Positions 30,754-41,995 of a DNA stretch of 58,520 nt are shown here, piece by piece (position 1 is the stretch's first letter; each line of letters begins with the position of its first letter). The notes below the pieces were generated by a model. It did not search any database, was not told where the DNA came from, and saw only the letters and a list, made by a program, of their open reading frames with translations. Where the stretch lies: contig DJXP01000031.1 in NCBI GenBank assembly GCA_002449785.1, positions 3,048 through 61,567 of the forward strand, given 5' to 3'. Made by a program: the position numbers and the translations under genes. The stretch is from Clostridiales bacterium UBA7001. GTDB lineage: Bacteria; Bacillota; Clostridia; TANB77; CAG-508.

Positions 30754-31521
30754 ATGTTAAATAAGGTCGATTTAATTAAAGAAGCAGAAAATGCTATTGA
30801 ATGGATAAAAGAATATGTTCAAAATGTAGGAGCAAATGGAGTTGTTGTTGGTAACAGTGGTGGTAAGGATTCAGCAACAGTTATAGCAATGGTAGTAAAA
30901 GCTCTTGGTAAGGAAAATGTTTTAACTATTGCTATGCCATGCAATTCTAATGTAAATGATTTAGAAGATGCCAAACTTGTTTCAAATAAATTTGATGTTC
31001 CTATTATAACAGTTGATTTAACAAATACATATAATGAATTAGAACTAGAAATTAATAATTCTTTAAATGAATTAGATAAAGAACTAATAAATGAAGCTAA
31101 AGTAAATATTAAGCCAAGACTTAGAATGACAACTTTATATGGAATTGCTCAAACAATGGGATATCTTGTAATAGGAACAGGTAACTTATGTGAGTCATTA
31201 GTTGGTTATACTACTAAATGGGGAGACTCAGCTTCGGATTTTAATCCTATTGCAAATTTTACAGTAGAAGAAGTCTTAGCAATTGGAGAATATCTAGGAG
31301 TACCTGATAAAATAATAAAAAAAGCTCCTAATGATGGAATTAGTTCAAAAACAGATGAAGAAAAAATGGGAGTAACATATGAACAAATTTCAGAATATAT
31401 AGAAAATGGAAAAACAGATATAAATGCGATGAAAATAATAGAAAGGTTAAATACTAATTCTAAACATAAAAGAAAACCAGTTCCAACATATAGCTTTTAT
31501 AGAAAAAAATATTTAGAATAA
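30754..31521 (+). CDS. nadE: NH3-dependent NAD+ synthetase
   Basis: SGGKDS, NIKPRLRM, GTGN..E..VGYTTKWGD, TDEEKMG, HKR; no glutaminase domain. Confidence 0.93.
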   Translation: MLNKVDLIKEAENAIEWIKEYVQNVGANGVVVGNSGGKDSATVIAMVVKALGKENVLTIAMPCNSNVNDLEDAKLVSNKFDVPIITVDLTNTYNELELEINNSLNELDKELINEAKVNIKPRLRMTTLYGIAQTMGYLVIGTGNLCESLVGYTTKWGDSASDFNPIANFTVEEVLAIGEYLGVPDKIIKKAPNDGISSKTDEEKMGVTYEQISEYIENGKTDINAMKIIERLNTNSKHKRKPVPTYSFYRKKYLE

Positions 31522-31524
31522 AAA

Positions 31525-31554
31525 ATGGAGGACATCTTAATGATGCCCTCATTT
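31525..31554. terminator. Probable terminator between convergent nadE and pncB
   Basis: Imperfect stem GAGGACATC-TTAAT-GATGCCCTC flanked by A/T runs. Confidence 0.5.
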
Positions 31555-31556
31555 AA

Positions 31557-32981
31557 TTATTTATTTAAAAGATTATGTTTTAAATCCCATAAGTTTTTAG
31601 ATAAGTCTACAAAATATTTATGTGGATTATCAAGTCTTTTTATTTCATCCCAGAATGAATCTAAATCTTTTTTTGAATATTCAGCAATTTCAGTAACAGA
31701 AGGACTATTATAAACCAAATTTCCATTTTCAAATATTTTTACTAATAGAGGTTTTACATAATAATCTGTAAGTGTTTTCTTTTTCCAAGTACTTTCTTGA
31801 TCAAATATTGTGTATTCACCTTCTAATACTTCTTCATCATGTAAAGTAATTAAATCAGCTATTGCCATATTTGTTTTTTTAGAATAGAATCTATATATTT
31901 TCTTAAAACTTGGATTTGTTATTTTTGCAACATTCTCACTGATTTTTATTTTAGGAATTATATTTCCATCTTTTTCTATTGCAGCTAGTTTATATACAGC
32001 ACCAAATACAGGGTTACTTTTTGCTGTAATTAAGTTTTCTCCAACTCCAAATATGTCTATTTTTGCATCTTGTTCAAATAGGGAAGAAATTAATCTTTCA
32101 TCTAATGAATTAGTTGCACATATTTTACAGTCTTCGTATCCAGCACTATCTAAAATTTTTCTAACTTCTTTAGAAAGATACGCTAAATCTCCACTATCAA
32201 GCCTTACTGCAATTGGCCTTATACCTTGTGGTTTTAAAACTTCATCAAAAACTTTTATTGCATTAGGTAAACCACTTTTTAAAGTATCATAAGTGTCAAT
32301 TAAAAAAGTGCAATTATTAGGATATATTTCACTATAAGCTTTAAATGCATCATATTCAGAGTCAAAACTTTGTATCCAACTATGTGCCATTGTTCCACTT
32401 GAAGGAACATTAAATGCTTTAGCAGTTAATGTGCATGAAGTACTAACTGCACCTCCAATTATAGCAGATCTTGCACCGTAAAAAGCACTATCGGCTCCAT
32501 GTGCACGTCTAGCACCAAATTCCATAACAGGTCTGCCTTTTGCTTGATTTACAATTCGTCTTGTTTTTGTTGCAATAAGACTTTCATGATTTACTAATAA
32601 TAAAAGCATTGTTTCTAATAATTGAGCTTCTATAATAGGTGCTTTAACAGTAACTAATGGCTCATAAGGAAATACAACAGTTCCTTCCGGAACAGACCAT
32701 ATATCACCTGTAAATTTGAAATTTTTAAGATATTCTAGAAATTCTTCAGAAAAAATATTTTGATTTCTTAAAAATTCTATATCCTCTTCATTAAATGATA
32801 GATTTTTAATATAATCTATTATTTGTTCTAATCCAGCAAAAATTGCAAATCCACCATCATCAGGTATTTTTCTAAAAAATATATCAAAATATGCAATAAA
32901 ATTAGTATTTTTAACAAAATAACCATTTGCCATTGTAAATTCGTAAAAGTCTGTAAGTAATTCTAAATTTCTTTCATTCAT
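31557..32981 (-). CDS. pncB: Nicotinate phosphoribosyltransferase
   Basis: LLTDFYE, EFGARRAHG, GTMAHS, LIDTYD, VRLDSGDL, VYKL, KITNP. Confidence 0.95.
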   Translation of the reverse strand: MNERNLELLTDFYEFTMANGYFVKNTNFIAYFDIFFRKIPDDGGFAIFAGLEQIIDYIKNLSFNEEDIEFLRNQNIFSEEFLEYLKNFKFTGDIWSVPEGTVVFPYEPLVTVKAPIIEAQLLETMLLLLVNHESLIATKTRRIVNQAKGRPVMEFGARRAHGADSAFYGARSAIIGGAVSTSCTLTAKAFNVPSSGTMAHSWIQSFDSEYDAFKAYSEIYPNNCTFLIDTYDTLKSGLPNAIKVFDEVLKPQGIRPIAVRLDSGDLAYLSKEVRKILDSAGYEDCKICATNSLDERLISSLFEQDAKIDIFGVGENLITAKSNPVFGAVYKLAAIEKDGNIIPKIKISENVAKITNPSFKKIYRFYSKKTNMAIADLITLHDEEVLEGEYTIFDQESTWKKKTLTDYYVKPLLVKIFENGNLVYNSPSVTEIAEYSKKDLDSFWDEIKRLDNPHKYFVDLSKNLWDLKHNLLNK

Positions 32982-33141
32982 ATTTACTATTCCTTTCTAT
33001 AATTTGATTTTATTTATTTTATAATAATTCTAATAATTATTATAGTCAATATTTTCATTATTATTTTTGTAAAGTATAGACAAAAATTATTTTTATGTAT
33101 AAAATATAATTGTTAATGACAAATAAAAAGTGAGGAAAATT

Positions 33142-34326
33142 ATGAGCACAAGTACTATAGATAAAGAAAGAAAATCTAGAAAAACTAGAATTGAAAAAGA
33201 TGATAAAGGAAATAATTCACATCGTAAAAGAGGAAAGAGTTCTAAGAAAAAAAGTAATAGTAATATTATATCAAATATCTTTACATTTTTATTTTCTGTG
33301 GGAACTATTGGAATTATAATGGTAGTATTTTTATTATATGGACCATATTCTGGATTTAGAAATTGGTTAGTTACAACTGCAATGACTACAATGACTCATC
33401 AGTATTTAGCAACATGGTTTTATGATGATGATGTCATTAAATATGTTATGGATAATAATAAAGTTATTGAAACAGGTGAAACAACAAATGTAGATGAAAT
33501 TGTTATTGGTGGAAACACTTCTACTACTACATATAAAAATGAATATGAAAAAGCTATATTAGAAAGAGATCCTGATAATAATGATTATAAAATAATTGAA
33601 ATTAATGAAAAGGATTTTGATGGATATTTAGTTGCTGTTTACGACCCTTCAAGAATAAAAACTGTTGCGACAGAAAATATAGGTAAATCAGGGCAATATT
33701 TAACTAAAATGGCAAAAAAAAATGATGCTTTAATCGCTATTAATGGTGGTGGATTTGATGATCCTAACTTTAATAGTACTGGTGGATCTCCACTTGGAGT
33801 AACAATGGTAGATGGTAAATTTATAACTCAAAAGTCTTATGGCGGTTCAGGAGGTATTATAGGATTTACAGAGGATAATAAACTTGTTTTATGCAAATCT
33901 TCTACTGCTGAAGCTAAAAAACAAGGAATTAGAGATTGTGTAACATTTGGACCATTTCTTATAGTAAATGGTAAAGCTTCAGGTGTTTTAGGTAATGGTG
34001 GATGGGGAGATGCACCAAGAACAGCAATAGCTCAAAGACAAGATGGAATTGTTTTATTTTTAGTATTAAATGGAAGAACAGTATCAAAGAAGGGTGCTGA
34101 TATGGATGATTTAATTAAAATCCTTCAAAAGTATGATGCATATAATGCTGCAAATCTTGATGGAGGTACATCAAGTGTTTTAGTTGTTGGTGATACAATT
34201 GTTAATGATCCTATAGACAGTACAGGGGCACATAAAACAAGACCTATAGCTACTGGATTTATATTAACAAAAGATGATAGTGATGATAGTGATCATACTA
34301 TAGTAGCTGAAAAACTTGGAGAATAA
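33142..34326 (+). CDS. Phosphodiester glycosidase (NAGPA-like) family protein, membrane-anchored
   Basis: AINGGGF, FGPFLIVNG, PRTAIAQ, AANLDGGTSS; N-terminal TM helix. Confidence 0.85.
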   Translation: MSTSTIDKERKSRKTRIEKDDKGNNSHRKRGKSSKKKSNSNIISNIFTFLFSVGTIGIIMVVFLLYGPYSGFRNWLVTTAMTTMTHQYLATWFYDDDVIKYVMDNNKVIETGETTNVDEIVIGGNTSTTTYKNEYEKAILERDPDNNDYKIIEINEKDFDGYLVAVYDPSRIKTVATENIGKSGQYLTKMAKKNDALIAINGGGFDDPNFNSTGGSPLGVTMVDGKFITQKSYGGSGGIIGFTEDNKLVLCKSSTAEAKKQGIRDCVTFGPFLIVNGKASGVLGNGGWGDAPRTAIAQRQDGIVLFLVLNGRTVSKKGADMDDLIKILQKYDAYNAANLDGGTSSVLVVGDTIVNDPIDSTGAHKTRPIATGFILTKDDSDDSDHTIVAEKLGE

Positions 34327-34471
34327 GTTAATATTACATAGATAATATATTATTAATATGATATTTACATTTAAATATGTAAATATCATATTTTTAGTAT
34401 TAAAAAATGTTGATTATTATAATTTTTTGCAATATAATGAAATGGATTTTAGGAATATAAGGTATATTTAT

Positions 34472-35965
34472 ATGTTATATAATGATAATAAAGATGAAAA
34501 TGAATATAGTGTTAAACATACTAAAATATTTTTAGTATTTATTATTTTACTAGCTATTGTTATGGGAATAATTCTCTCTAGTATTATTGTATTTTATCAC
34601 AATGAGCAAAAAGCAGATATCATTCAATCAGGAATTTATATAAAAGGAATTAATGTTTCAGGACTAACAAGAGATGAAGCAATAGTTCTAGTAAAAAGTA
34701 CATTAAATGATAAAATGAATTCACATATTGAATTATTATATAAAAATAATAATTATTATCTTGAAATAGAACAATTTGGTGCATTTTTTGATGTTGAAAG
34801 TGCAGTCGATTATGCTTTTAGCTTCGCTAAATCAGGAAATTTTATTGAAGATATGCATGAATATATTTCAATTCTTATAAATAATATAGACATTGAACCT
34901 AAATTAATATATAATGATACAGCTTTAACAGAATATCTAGAAACAATTGAAATATATTTGCCAGACCAATTAGAGCAACCTGACTATTATATAGAAGATG
35001 ATAAATTATATATTACAAATGGAAAAATTGGAGCTGGTATAGAATATGATAAATTAAAAAAAGAAATTATCAGTTCTGTACAAGATATAAGCTATACAAA
35101 AAAATATATTGAAATACCTACATATGATAAAGTTCCAGATGAAATAAATGTTGATAAGATTCATGATGAAGTATATAGAGAAGTTAAAAATGCATATTTT
35201 ACGACAGAACCATATGCAGTTTTTGCGGATGTTACTGGTATAGATTTTAATGTAGATATGTTAAAAGATAAAATTATTAATAATCCTAATGATGAAGAAT
35301 ATGAACAAGATTTAATATATACTAAAGCAGATGTAACTGTTAATGATTTAGGAAAAGAAGCTTTTCCAGATTTGCTCGCAACTTTTTCTACAAACTATGT
35401 TACATCTAATACAGATAGAACAACAAATTTAAGATTAGCTGCTGGAAAAATAAATGGTACAGTTGTAATGCCTGGAGAAATATTTTCTTATAATAAAGTT
35501 GTTGGAAAAAGGACAGTTTCAGCTGGGTATAAAGAAGCTGCTGTATATCAAGATGGTGGTGTAACAAATGGATTAGGCGGTGGTATTTGTCAAATCTCAA
35601 CTACTTTGTATAATGCTGTAATTAAAGCTAATATGGAAATTGAAACAAGAAGAAATCATATGTTTGTTCCATCATATATTGGAGCAGGTAAAGATGCAAC
35701 TGTAGTATGGGGATCTACTGATTTTAAGTTTAAAAATAGAAGAGATTATCCAATTAAGATTGAAACATCAGTTAGTGGTGGAGTTGCAAGAGTAGATATA
35801 TATGGATTAAGGACAAATAATGAATATGATATTTCATTAGAAACAAAAACAATTAAATCATCAAGTACTTCATTAGTTGTTGAATCATATAGAGTTACAA
35901 GATTAAATGGTGAAATTATAAAAAAAGAAAAATTATATACTGATACATATAAAAAAGGTCATTAA
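34472..35965 (+). CDS. VanW family protein with putative peptidoglycan-binding domains
   Basis: RTTNLRLAA..INGTVVMPGEIFSYN, GGGICQISTTLYNA, RRNH, GKDATV, DFKFKN. Start uncertain (ORF open from 34358). Confidence 0.85.
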   Translation: MLYNDNKDENEYSVKHTKIFLVFIILLAIVMGIILSSIIVFYHNEQKADIIQSGIYIKGINVSGLTRDEAIVLVKSTLNDKMNSHIELLYKNNNYYLEIEQFGAFFDVESAVDYAFSFAKSGNFIEDMHEYISILINNIDIEPKLIYNDTALTEYLETIEIYLPDQLEQPDYYIEDDKLYITNGKIGAGIEYDKLKKEIISSVQDISYTKKYIEIPTYDKVPDEINVDKIHDEVYREVKNAYFTTEPYAVFADVTGIDFNVDMLKDKIINNPNDEEYEQDLIYTKADVTVNDLGKEAFPDLLATFSTNYVTSNTDRTTNLRLAAGKINGTVVMPGEIFSYNKVVGKRTVSAGYKEAAVYQDGGVTNGLGGGICQISTTLYNAVIKANMEIETRRNHMFVPSYIGAGKDATVVWGSTDFKFKNRRDYPIKIETSVSGGVARVDIYGLRTNNEYDISLETKTIKSSSTSLVVESYRVTRLNGEIIKKEKLYTDTYKKGH

Positions 35966-35991
35966 TATATTTATATTTGAGGTAATTTAAA

Positions 35992-36648
35992 TTGAGAATT
36001 AGAAGAAAAAAATGGGCAGAAAAAGAGTTAAATGAAGCTAAATTCTATATACATAATCCTTCTGAATTTAAAGGAAATTGGAAAAAGTTATTTAAAAATA
36101 ATAATCCTCTTCATATTGAACTTGGATGTGGAAAAGGAAACTTTATTGCTACTCTTGCCTCAGAAAATAAGAATATAAACTATATAGCAATAGATATGAT
36201 TGAAGCAATGCTAGGATTATCAAAAAGAAATATAGAGCTTGCATATAAAAATAAAAACCCTGAAAACTTATTTTTAATTAGAGCAAATGTTGAAAATATA
36301 TTGGATGTATTTGATAAAAATGATATGATTGAACGAATATATATTAATTTTTGTAATCCATGGCCAAGAAAAAAGCATAATAAGAGAAGACTAACTCATA
36401 CTAGACAGCTTGAAAACTATAAGCAAATATTAGTGCCGAGTGGACAAATATATTTTAAAACTGATTCAGATGAATTATTTGAAAGCACTTTAGAATATTT
36501 AAATGAAGCAAATTTTATAATTAATTCTCAAACATATGATTTGCACAATGATAATATATTTGAAAAAAATATAGTTACAGAACACGAAAAAATGTTTTCA
36601 GATGATGGAATAAAAATTAAAGCACTCATTGCTACAAATATTAATTAA
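35992..36648 (+). CDS. trmB: tRNA (guanine-46-N7)-methyltransferase
   Basis: MRIRRKKWA, IELGCGKG, NFCNPWPRKKHNKRRL, FKTD, TEHE. Confidence 0.95.
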   Translation: MRIRRKKWAEKELNEAKFYIHNPSEFKGNWKKLFKNNNPLHIELGCGKGNFIATLASENKNINYIAIDMIEAMLGLSKRNIELAYKNKNPENLFLIRANVENILDVFDKNDMIERIYINFCNPWPRKKHNKRRLTHTRQLENYKQILVPSGQIYFKTDSDELFESTLEYLNEANFIINSQTYDLHNDNIFEKNIVTEHEKMFSDDGIKIKALIATNIN

Positions 36649-36757
36649 TACATTTATTAATTGTTATTTAAATTAAAATAGTTTTAATATTATTTTAAGG
36701 TTAAATATATAAAATACAAAAGAATATAGATATAGGGAAAAAAAGGAGGAGAAAAAG

Positions 36758-37885
36758 TTGATTAAAGTAAAAAATGTTACTAAAAAATATGGTAACTTTT
36801 ATGCAGTAAGAAACATTAATTTTGAGGTTAATGATGGCGAAATAGTCGGTTTTTTAGGTCGTAATGGCGCAGGAAAATCTACTACAATGAATATGATTAC
36901 AGGGTTTATTGAACCTACTGAAGGTGAAATAATAGTAAATGGATATAATATTGATGAAAAGCCAAAAAAAGTAAAAGCTCAAATAGGTTATATGCCTGAA
37001 GGTACTCCATTATATTATGATTTAACAGTTAAAGAATTTATTTCTTATATGGCAGAACTTAAAATGGTACCAAGAAAAAAACGTAAAGACGCTGTAAAAA
37101 AAGCTATTGAAAGCACAGGACTTGAAAAAGTACAGAATAATTTAACTAAAAACTTATCAAGAGGTTATAAACAAAGAGTAAGCTTAGCTGGGGCAATAGT
37201 AGGTGATCCAGATATACTTATATTAGATGAGCCAACTGTTGGACTAGATCCAAAACAAGTAATTGAAATTAGAGAATTAATTAAATCTTTTAGAAAAAAT
37301 CATACTGTACTTATTAGTTCACATATTCTTTCAGAAGTTAGCCAATTGTGTGAAAAAGTTATTATAATAGATAAAGGCGAAATAATAGCTGTTGATACTC
37401 CTGAAAAACTTGAAAATGAAACAAAAGAAACTAATAGAATCCGTGTTACAGTTGATGATTTGGATGATAAATTTTTAAATATTAAAGATGAAATTGCCGA
37501 TATTTCAAATATTAAATTAATTAAAGAAAATGAAGAAGATAAATCTAAAGAGTATATTGTAGAAACAACAAATAAAAATGATATTAGAAAACAAATATTT
37601 AGTACATGTGCTAAAAACAATATTACCATATTAGAAATGTCAATTGAAGAAAATTCTTTAGAAAATGCATTTATTAAGTTAGTTGAAGATAGGCCAGAGT
37701 ATAGCCAAAAAGAAATTAATAAAATGCAATATGAAAAAGAAATAGAAGAATTAAGAGAAGAAGATAGAATTAATAAAGAAGAAAAAGAAAAAAGAAAGCA
37801 AGCTATAAAAGAAGAAAAAGCACGTAAAAAAGCAAATAAAAAATCTAAAAAAGAAAAATCTAGTAAAGAAGAGGAGGAAAATTAA
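36758..37885 (+). CDS. ABC transporter ATP-binding protein (GldA-like)
   Basis: Walker A GRNGAGKST, LSRGYKQR, ILDEPTVGLDP, SSHIL. Confidence 0.92.
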   Translation: MIKVKNVTKKYGNFYAVRNINFEVNDGEIVGFLGRNGAGKSTTMNMITGFIEPTEGEIIVNGYNIDEKPKKVKAQIGYMPEGTPLYYDLTVKEFISYMAELKMVPRKKRKDAVKKAIESTGLEKVQNNLTKNLSRGYKQRVSLAGAIVGDPDILILDEPTVGLDPKQVIEIRELIKSFRKNHTVLISSHILSEVSQLCEKVIIIDKGEIIAVDTPEKLENETKETNRIRVTVDDLDDKFLNIKDEIADISNIKLIKENEEDKSKEYIVETTNKNDIRKQIFSTCAKNNITILEMSIEENSLENAFIKLVEDRPEYSQKEINKMQYEKEIEELREEDRINKEEKEKRKQAIKEEKARKKANKKSKKEKSSKEEEEN

Positions 37886-37887
37886 TA

Positions 37888-38568
37888 ATGTTAGCAGTTA
37901 TAAAAAAAGAATTAAAGAGTTATCTATTATCTCCTATAGGATATGTTTTTGCAGGATTATTTTTATTAATATTTAGTATTTTCTTTTATGTTACTCTTTT
38001 TGCGAGTAAAAGTATTAAATTTGAATATTTGTTTTATAATGGTGCAACAGTACTTACATTTATAACTCCTGTCTTAACAATGAGAATGTTTTCAGAAGAA
38101 AGAAAAAATGGAACTGAACAATTATTACTAACTTCACCAAGAAGTATTACTTCTATAGTTTTAGGAAAGTTTTTTGCAGCAGGGATTATAATGATATTTA
38201 CTGAAGCATTTACTTTAATATATTTTGGAATATTGAAATATTTCGGAAATCCTTCATTATTAGTTGCATTAAATACTCTATTTGGATTTCTACTTTTAAG
38301 TTTAGCATATATTTCTTTTGGTATGTTTGCATCTAGTATAACTGAAAATCAGATAGTTGCATCTGTTTTAACAATAGGCGTTTTTCTTGCTATGTGGTTT
38401 TTGCCTTATATGAGTAATATATTTTCAATATTTTCTTTAATAGATAAATTTGAAAAATATCCTGAAGGATTAATATCTATTCCTGAAATTGTAACATTTG
38501 TTTCTTTTTCCGTATTATTTATTTTATTAACTATTATTGTGTTACAAAGAAGAAAGAGTATTAAATAA
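37888..38568 (+). CDS. ABC-2 permease (GldF-like)
   Basis: KKELKSYLLSPIGY, LTMRMFSEERKNGTEQLLLTSP, IVLGKF. Confidence 0.88.
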   Translation: MLAVIKKELKSYLLSPIGYVFAGLFLLIFSIFFYVTLFASKSIKFEYLFYNGATVLTFITPVLTMRMFSEERKNGTEQLLLTSPRSITSIVLGKFFAAGIIMIFTEAFTLIYFGILKYFGNPSLLVALNTLFGFLLLSLAYISFGMFASSITENQIVASVLTIGVFLAMWFLPYMSNIFSIFSLIDKFEKYPEGLISIPEIVTFVSFSVLFILLTIIVLQRRKSIK

Positions 38569-38576
38569 GGAGGAAG

Positions 38577-40091
38577 ATGATGGAAGAAAAGAAAAATAAA
38601 ACAAAATTATCAGAAAAAATATCATTAGCATTTAGAAGAAGACTTTTAGTAGATGGTGCTATTACATTTCTAATAGTTGCAATTTTAATAGTAGGATATA
38701 TTTCGTTAAATTTATGGGTAAGAGAACTTGATTTAGAAGATATAGATATTACAGAAAATAAGATATATACTTTATCTGATGCTTCAAAACAAGCAATAGC
38801 TAATGTAAATCAAGACATTAAAATATATGCATACGGATTTAAGGAAGATTCAAACTTCATAAGTTTTTTGAAACAATATCAAAAAGTAAATGATAAAATT
38901 CATTATGAAATCTTGACTGAAGAAAATAATCCTGGATTAATACAACAATATAACTTAGAATCAGGATATTCTATTGTAATTCTTGAATGTGGAGAAGCTA
39001 GAAAACTTATAGATGCTTCAACAGAATTTACAACATATGATTATTCTAGTAATGAGAGTATTGATGTTACTGAACAAGTAATGACAAATTCAATTCTTTC
39101 TTTAACAGAAGAAAATAAACCTAAAATTTATTTTTTAGAAGGGCATAATGAGTATAATACATCAAATATGACTGTTCTTACAACTTATTTAGGTTATGAG
39201 GCATTTGAAGTAGAATCATTGAATTTACTTACAGACACTATACCTGATGATTGTGATATTTTAGCAATTATGTCTCCAACAGTCGATTTTTTTGAAACAG
39301 AAGTTGCAGAAATAAAAAATTATATTAATAAAGGTGGAAAAATTTATTTTACCTATGATACTATTTTTGAAAACAAAGATTTTCCTAATATGCAATCATT
39401 ATTTGATGAATTTGGCTTTTCAATTAAAAATGGTTATATAATTGAAACAGAACAAGGAAAATCTGCTGATGCAAATTATCCATATTTATTTATACCTGAA
39501 GTTTCTCAAGATAATGAAATTACTGATGATATTTATTCAGCTAATACAAAAATTATATTAAGATTTGCATCAAAGTTGGAATATAAAGATGAAAATACAT
39601 TATCAGCTTTAGGGGTTACAAAAGAAACATTACTATCTTCTTCAAGTTCATCACAGTTTATAACTAATGTTATGGCTAACAGCTTAAATGAAGCTATGCA
39701 AACAGTTGAAAATGGATCTGCTGATATTTCAGCTTTATTTAAGAAAAATGTAAAATCAACAAATGAGAATGGAGAAGAGCAAACTAATACTTCTGAATTA
39801 ATTATGGTTACTTGTGGAAGCTTTATTGCTGATACAAGAGTTTCTGAATTAGGTTCTTCATATCCATTGTCAGCATATGGAAGTAATAAAGATTTCGTTA
39901 TTAATGGTTTATCTTATTTAGGTAAAAAAGAAAATAATTTAACAATTAGAAAAGATATTGCTGGAGCATCATATATTTTTACTGCTACAGAAAAACAAGA
40001 CATAATAGTTAGAGCAATTATTTTCATTATACCTTTAGTGATTATATTTGTTGGAATTATTGTTATGATTTATAGAAAAAAGAGAAAATAA
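38577..40091 (+). CDS. GldG-family ABC auxiliary component
   Basis: DITENKIYTLS, KIYFLEGHNE, IPDDCDIL..PTVDF..E..YINKGG; TM helices at both ends. Confidence 0.85.
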   Translation: MMEEKKNKTKLSEKISLAFRRRLLVDGAITFLIVAILIVGYISLNLWVRELDLEDIDITENKIYTLSDASKQAIANVNQDIKIYAYGFKEDSNFISFLKQYQKVNDKIHYEILTEENNPGLIQQYNLESGYSIVILECGEARKLIDASTEFTTYDYSSNESIDVTEQVMTNSILSLTEENKPKIYFLEGHNEYNTSNMTVLTTYLGYEAFEVESLNLLTDTIPDDCDILAIMSPTVDFFETEVAEIKNYINKGGKIYFTYDTIFENKDFPNMQSLFDEFGFSIKNGYIIETEQGKSADANYPYLFIPEVSQDNEITDDIYSANTKIILRFASKLEYKDENTLSALGVTKETLLSSSSSSQFITNVMANSLNEAMQTVENGSADISALFKKNVKSTNENGEEQTNTSELIMVTCGSFIADTRVSELGSSYPLSAYGSNKDFVINGLSYLGKKENNLTIRKDIAGASYIFTATEKQDIIVRAIIFIIPLVIIFVGIIVMIYRKKRK

Positions 40092-40095
40092 AATC

Positions 40096-40124
40096 TTGAA
40101 TTAAAACACTATATTGATTATAAT
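40096..40124 (+). promoter_or_regulatory. Sigma-A-like promoter
   Basis: TTGAAT, 17 bp, TATAAT. Confidence 0.5.
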
Positions 40125-40157
40125 TAATGTATAATTTATTAATTTGGAGGAGTACTA

Positions 40158-41855
40158 ATGAAAAAAGATATTGAAAATAATATAAAATATATTTTAGATA
40201 ATATAAATAATTTGGATTTATCTCCAATTAATAAAGAATACATATACAAAATTATAGACTTATTAAAATTTCAAGTTAGAGAGAACTTAATTTTTACATC
40301 TTTATCAGAAAATGAAAAATTAGTTAAACATATAGAATCTGTACTAAAAACTTTAAATGAAGAAGAGGAAAAAATTAATAAAGAAATTGATAAAATACTA
40401 AATGAACTTGATTTTAAATATGATGAATATGTTCCTGTAAATACTGAAGATAATATTTTTCCAGGTTTGAAGGCAAAATTTGAAGAAAATCGAAAAAAAA
40501 TATATGAAAGTGAAAAAGATAAAGCAGAAAAAGATTTTGAAGAAAAAAAGATTGTAATTGAAGATAAATTAAATGAACTTAAGGCAGAAAAAGATACTAT
40601 CAAAGATCTAAAAGAGCAGATTGTTTCACCTAAAAGTTTTATTGAATTAAAACTCAAAGAAGAATTAGATACAGATACATATAATAATAATTATAGATTA
40701 CTTTTAAATGACTGTGCAATATCTATTTTAGGTGTAGACATTGAATCAGAAAAGGCAGATAAACTATTTAGTTTTGATGGTTCTAATTATGTTCCAAACC
40801 AGGATGCCTTATTAGACTATTTTGAAATTGGTAGAAATCCGGAATTATCTAATGAATTAAAAGAGTTTTATGAATCTTTAAAAAACATTACAAATAATAA
40901 GAATGTTGCTGAAAAAAATGATATTAATTATGAGGAAATTTTAAATAAAAGAGAAGATATTAAAGAAGCATTATATGACAAAGAAGCTACAAATTTAATT
41001 GAAGAAAATCTTTTAAATATTCATAATTTACTTAATGAAATTCAAAAAGCATATTTATCTAAGGTTAAAGTGGCATTAGATGTTATTACTACTAATAGCA
41101 CTCCAAAAACAAAACTTAGTTTTTTAGATAAGTTATTAAAGAAAGATACTGATAATAATAGTGAATCAGAAAATAATACTAAGCAAGATGAAGACCTTCT
41201 TATAAATAATTTGGTAGATGAATATAATAAATTACAAAGTATACTTAATTTTGAAAGTAATCCTAAAAATTCTATAATTTATGATTTTTATATAAATATT
41301 GCTTATTCTAAAATATCCGTTGAAGAAGTTAAGAAAAATATAGAAGATATTTCTATAAAATTAACAGACTTATTAGATGAAAAAAGTATAAATGATATTG
41401 GTTTGATTTGCACATTTTTAGATAAATATTCTTTTGATGATATTCATGATATTATTAGTTCGATTATTAATTCAAAAGTTGATGAAGCTCAAAACTCTTA
41501 TAATGAAAATCAAAAGAACTTAAATGAATATGAAAGTAAAGAAAAACAATTATTTGAAGGTTTAAGTGATAAAGCTAAAGAATATCATAATAATTTTGGC
41601 AGTGAATACTCTTTAGGTAATTTTAATAATTTATCCGATAATATTTTTTCACCATTAATTGCTTCACTTATTCTGGAAACTATAATCTGCATTGATGATA
41701 TAAAAACTCCTGATGATATACATAGATTAGGAATTTCATTATCAGATGATGAAATAAAAGAATATAAAGAACTTATAACAACTACAATACTCCCAAATAT
41801 GGAAAATTTCTTAAATAATTCTATTAATATTATTTTAGTAAAAAACCATAAGTAA
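40158..41855 (+). CDS. Hypothetical coiled-coil acidic protein
   Basis: 565-aa ORF, RBS GGAGGAG, E/K/N-rich heptad stretches; no family recognised. Confidence 0.65.
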   Translation: MKKDIENNIKYILDNINNLDLSPINKEYIYKIIDLLKFQVRENLIFTSLSENEKLVKHIESVLKTLNEEEEKINKEIDKILNELDFKYDEYVPVNTEDNIFPGLKAKFEENRKKIYESEKDKAEKDFEEKKIVIEDKLNELKAEKDTIKDLKEQIVSPKSFIELKLKEELDTDTYNNNYRLLLNDCAISILGVDIESEKADKLFSFDGSNYVPNQDALLDYFEIGRNPELSNELKEFYESLKNITNNKNVAEKNDINYEEILNKREDIKEALYDKEATNLIEENLLNIHNLLNEIQKAYLSKVKVALDVITTNSTPKTKLSFLDKLLKKDTDNNSESENNTKQDEDLLINNLVDEYNKLQSILNFESNPKNSIIYDFYINIAYSKISVEEVKKNIEDISIKLTDLLDEKSINDIGLICTFLDKYSFDDIHDIISSIINSKVDEAQNSYNENQKNLNEYESKEKQLFEGLSDKAKEYHNNFGSEYSLGNFNNLSDNIFSPLIASLILETIICIDDIKTPDDIHRLGISLSDDEIKEYKELITTTILPNMENFLNNSINIILVKNHK

Positions 41856-41899
41856 TAGATTAACTTTGGTATACATAATTTCATAAAATATAATATAGA

Positions 41900-41941
41900 A
41901 AAATGAAGACACTACTTAATTAATTGTCTTCATTTTATTTT
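41900..41941 (+). terminator. Hairpin / probable terminator upstream of dpaB
   Basis: AAAATGAAGACA...TGTCTTCATTTT followed by ATTTT. Confidence 0.55.
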
Positions 41942-41995
41942 GTAATAGAAACAAATTCTATTAAAATTAAAATGGAGGAGGAAAGTATTATTTTT

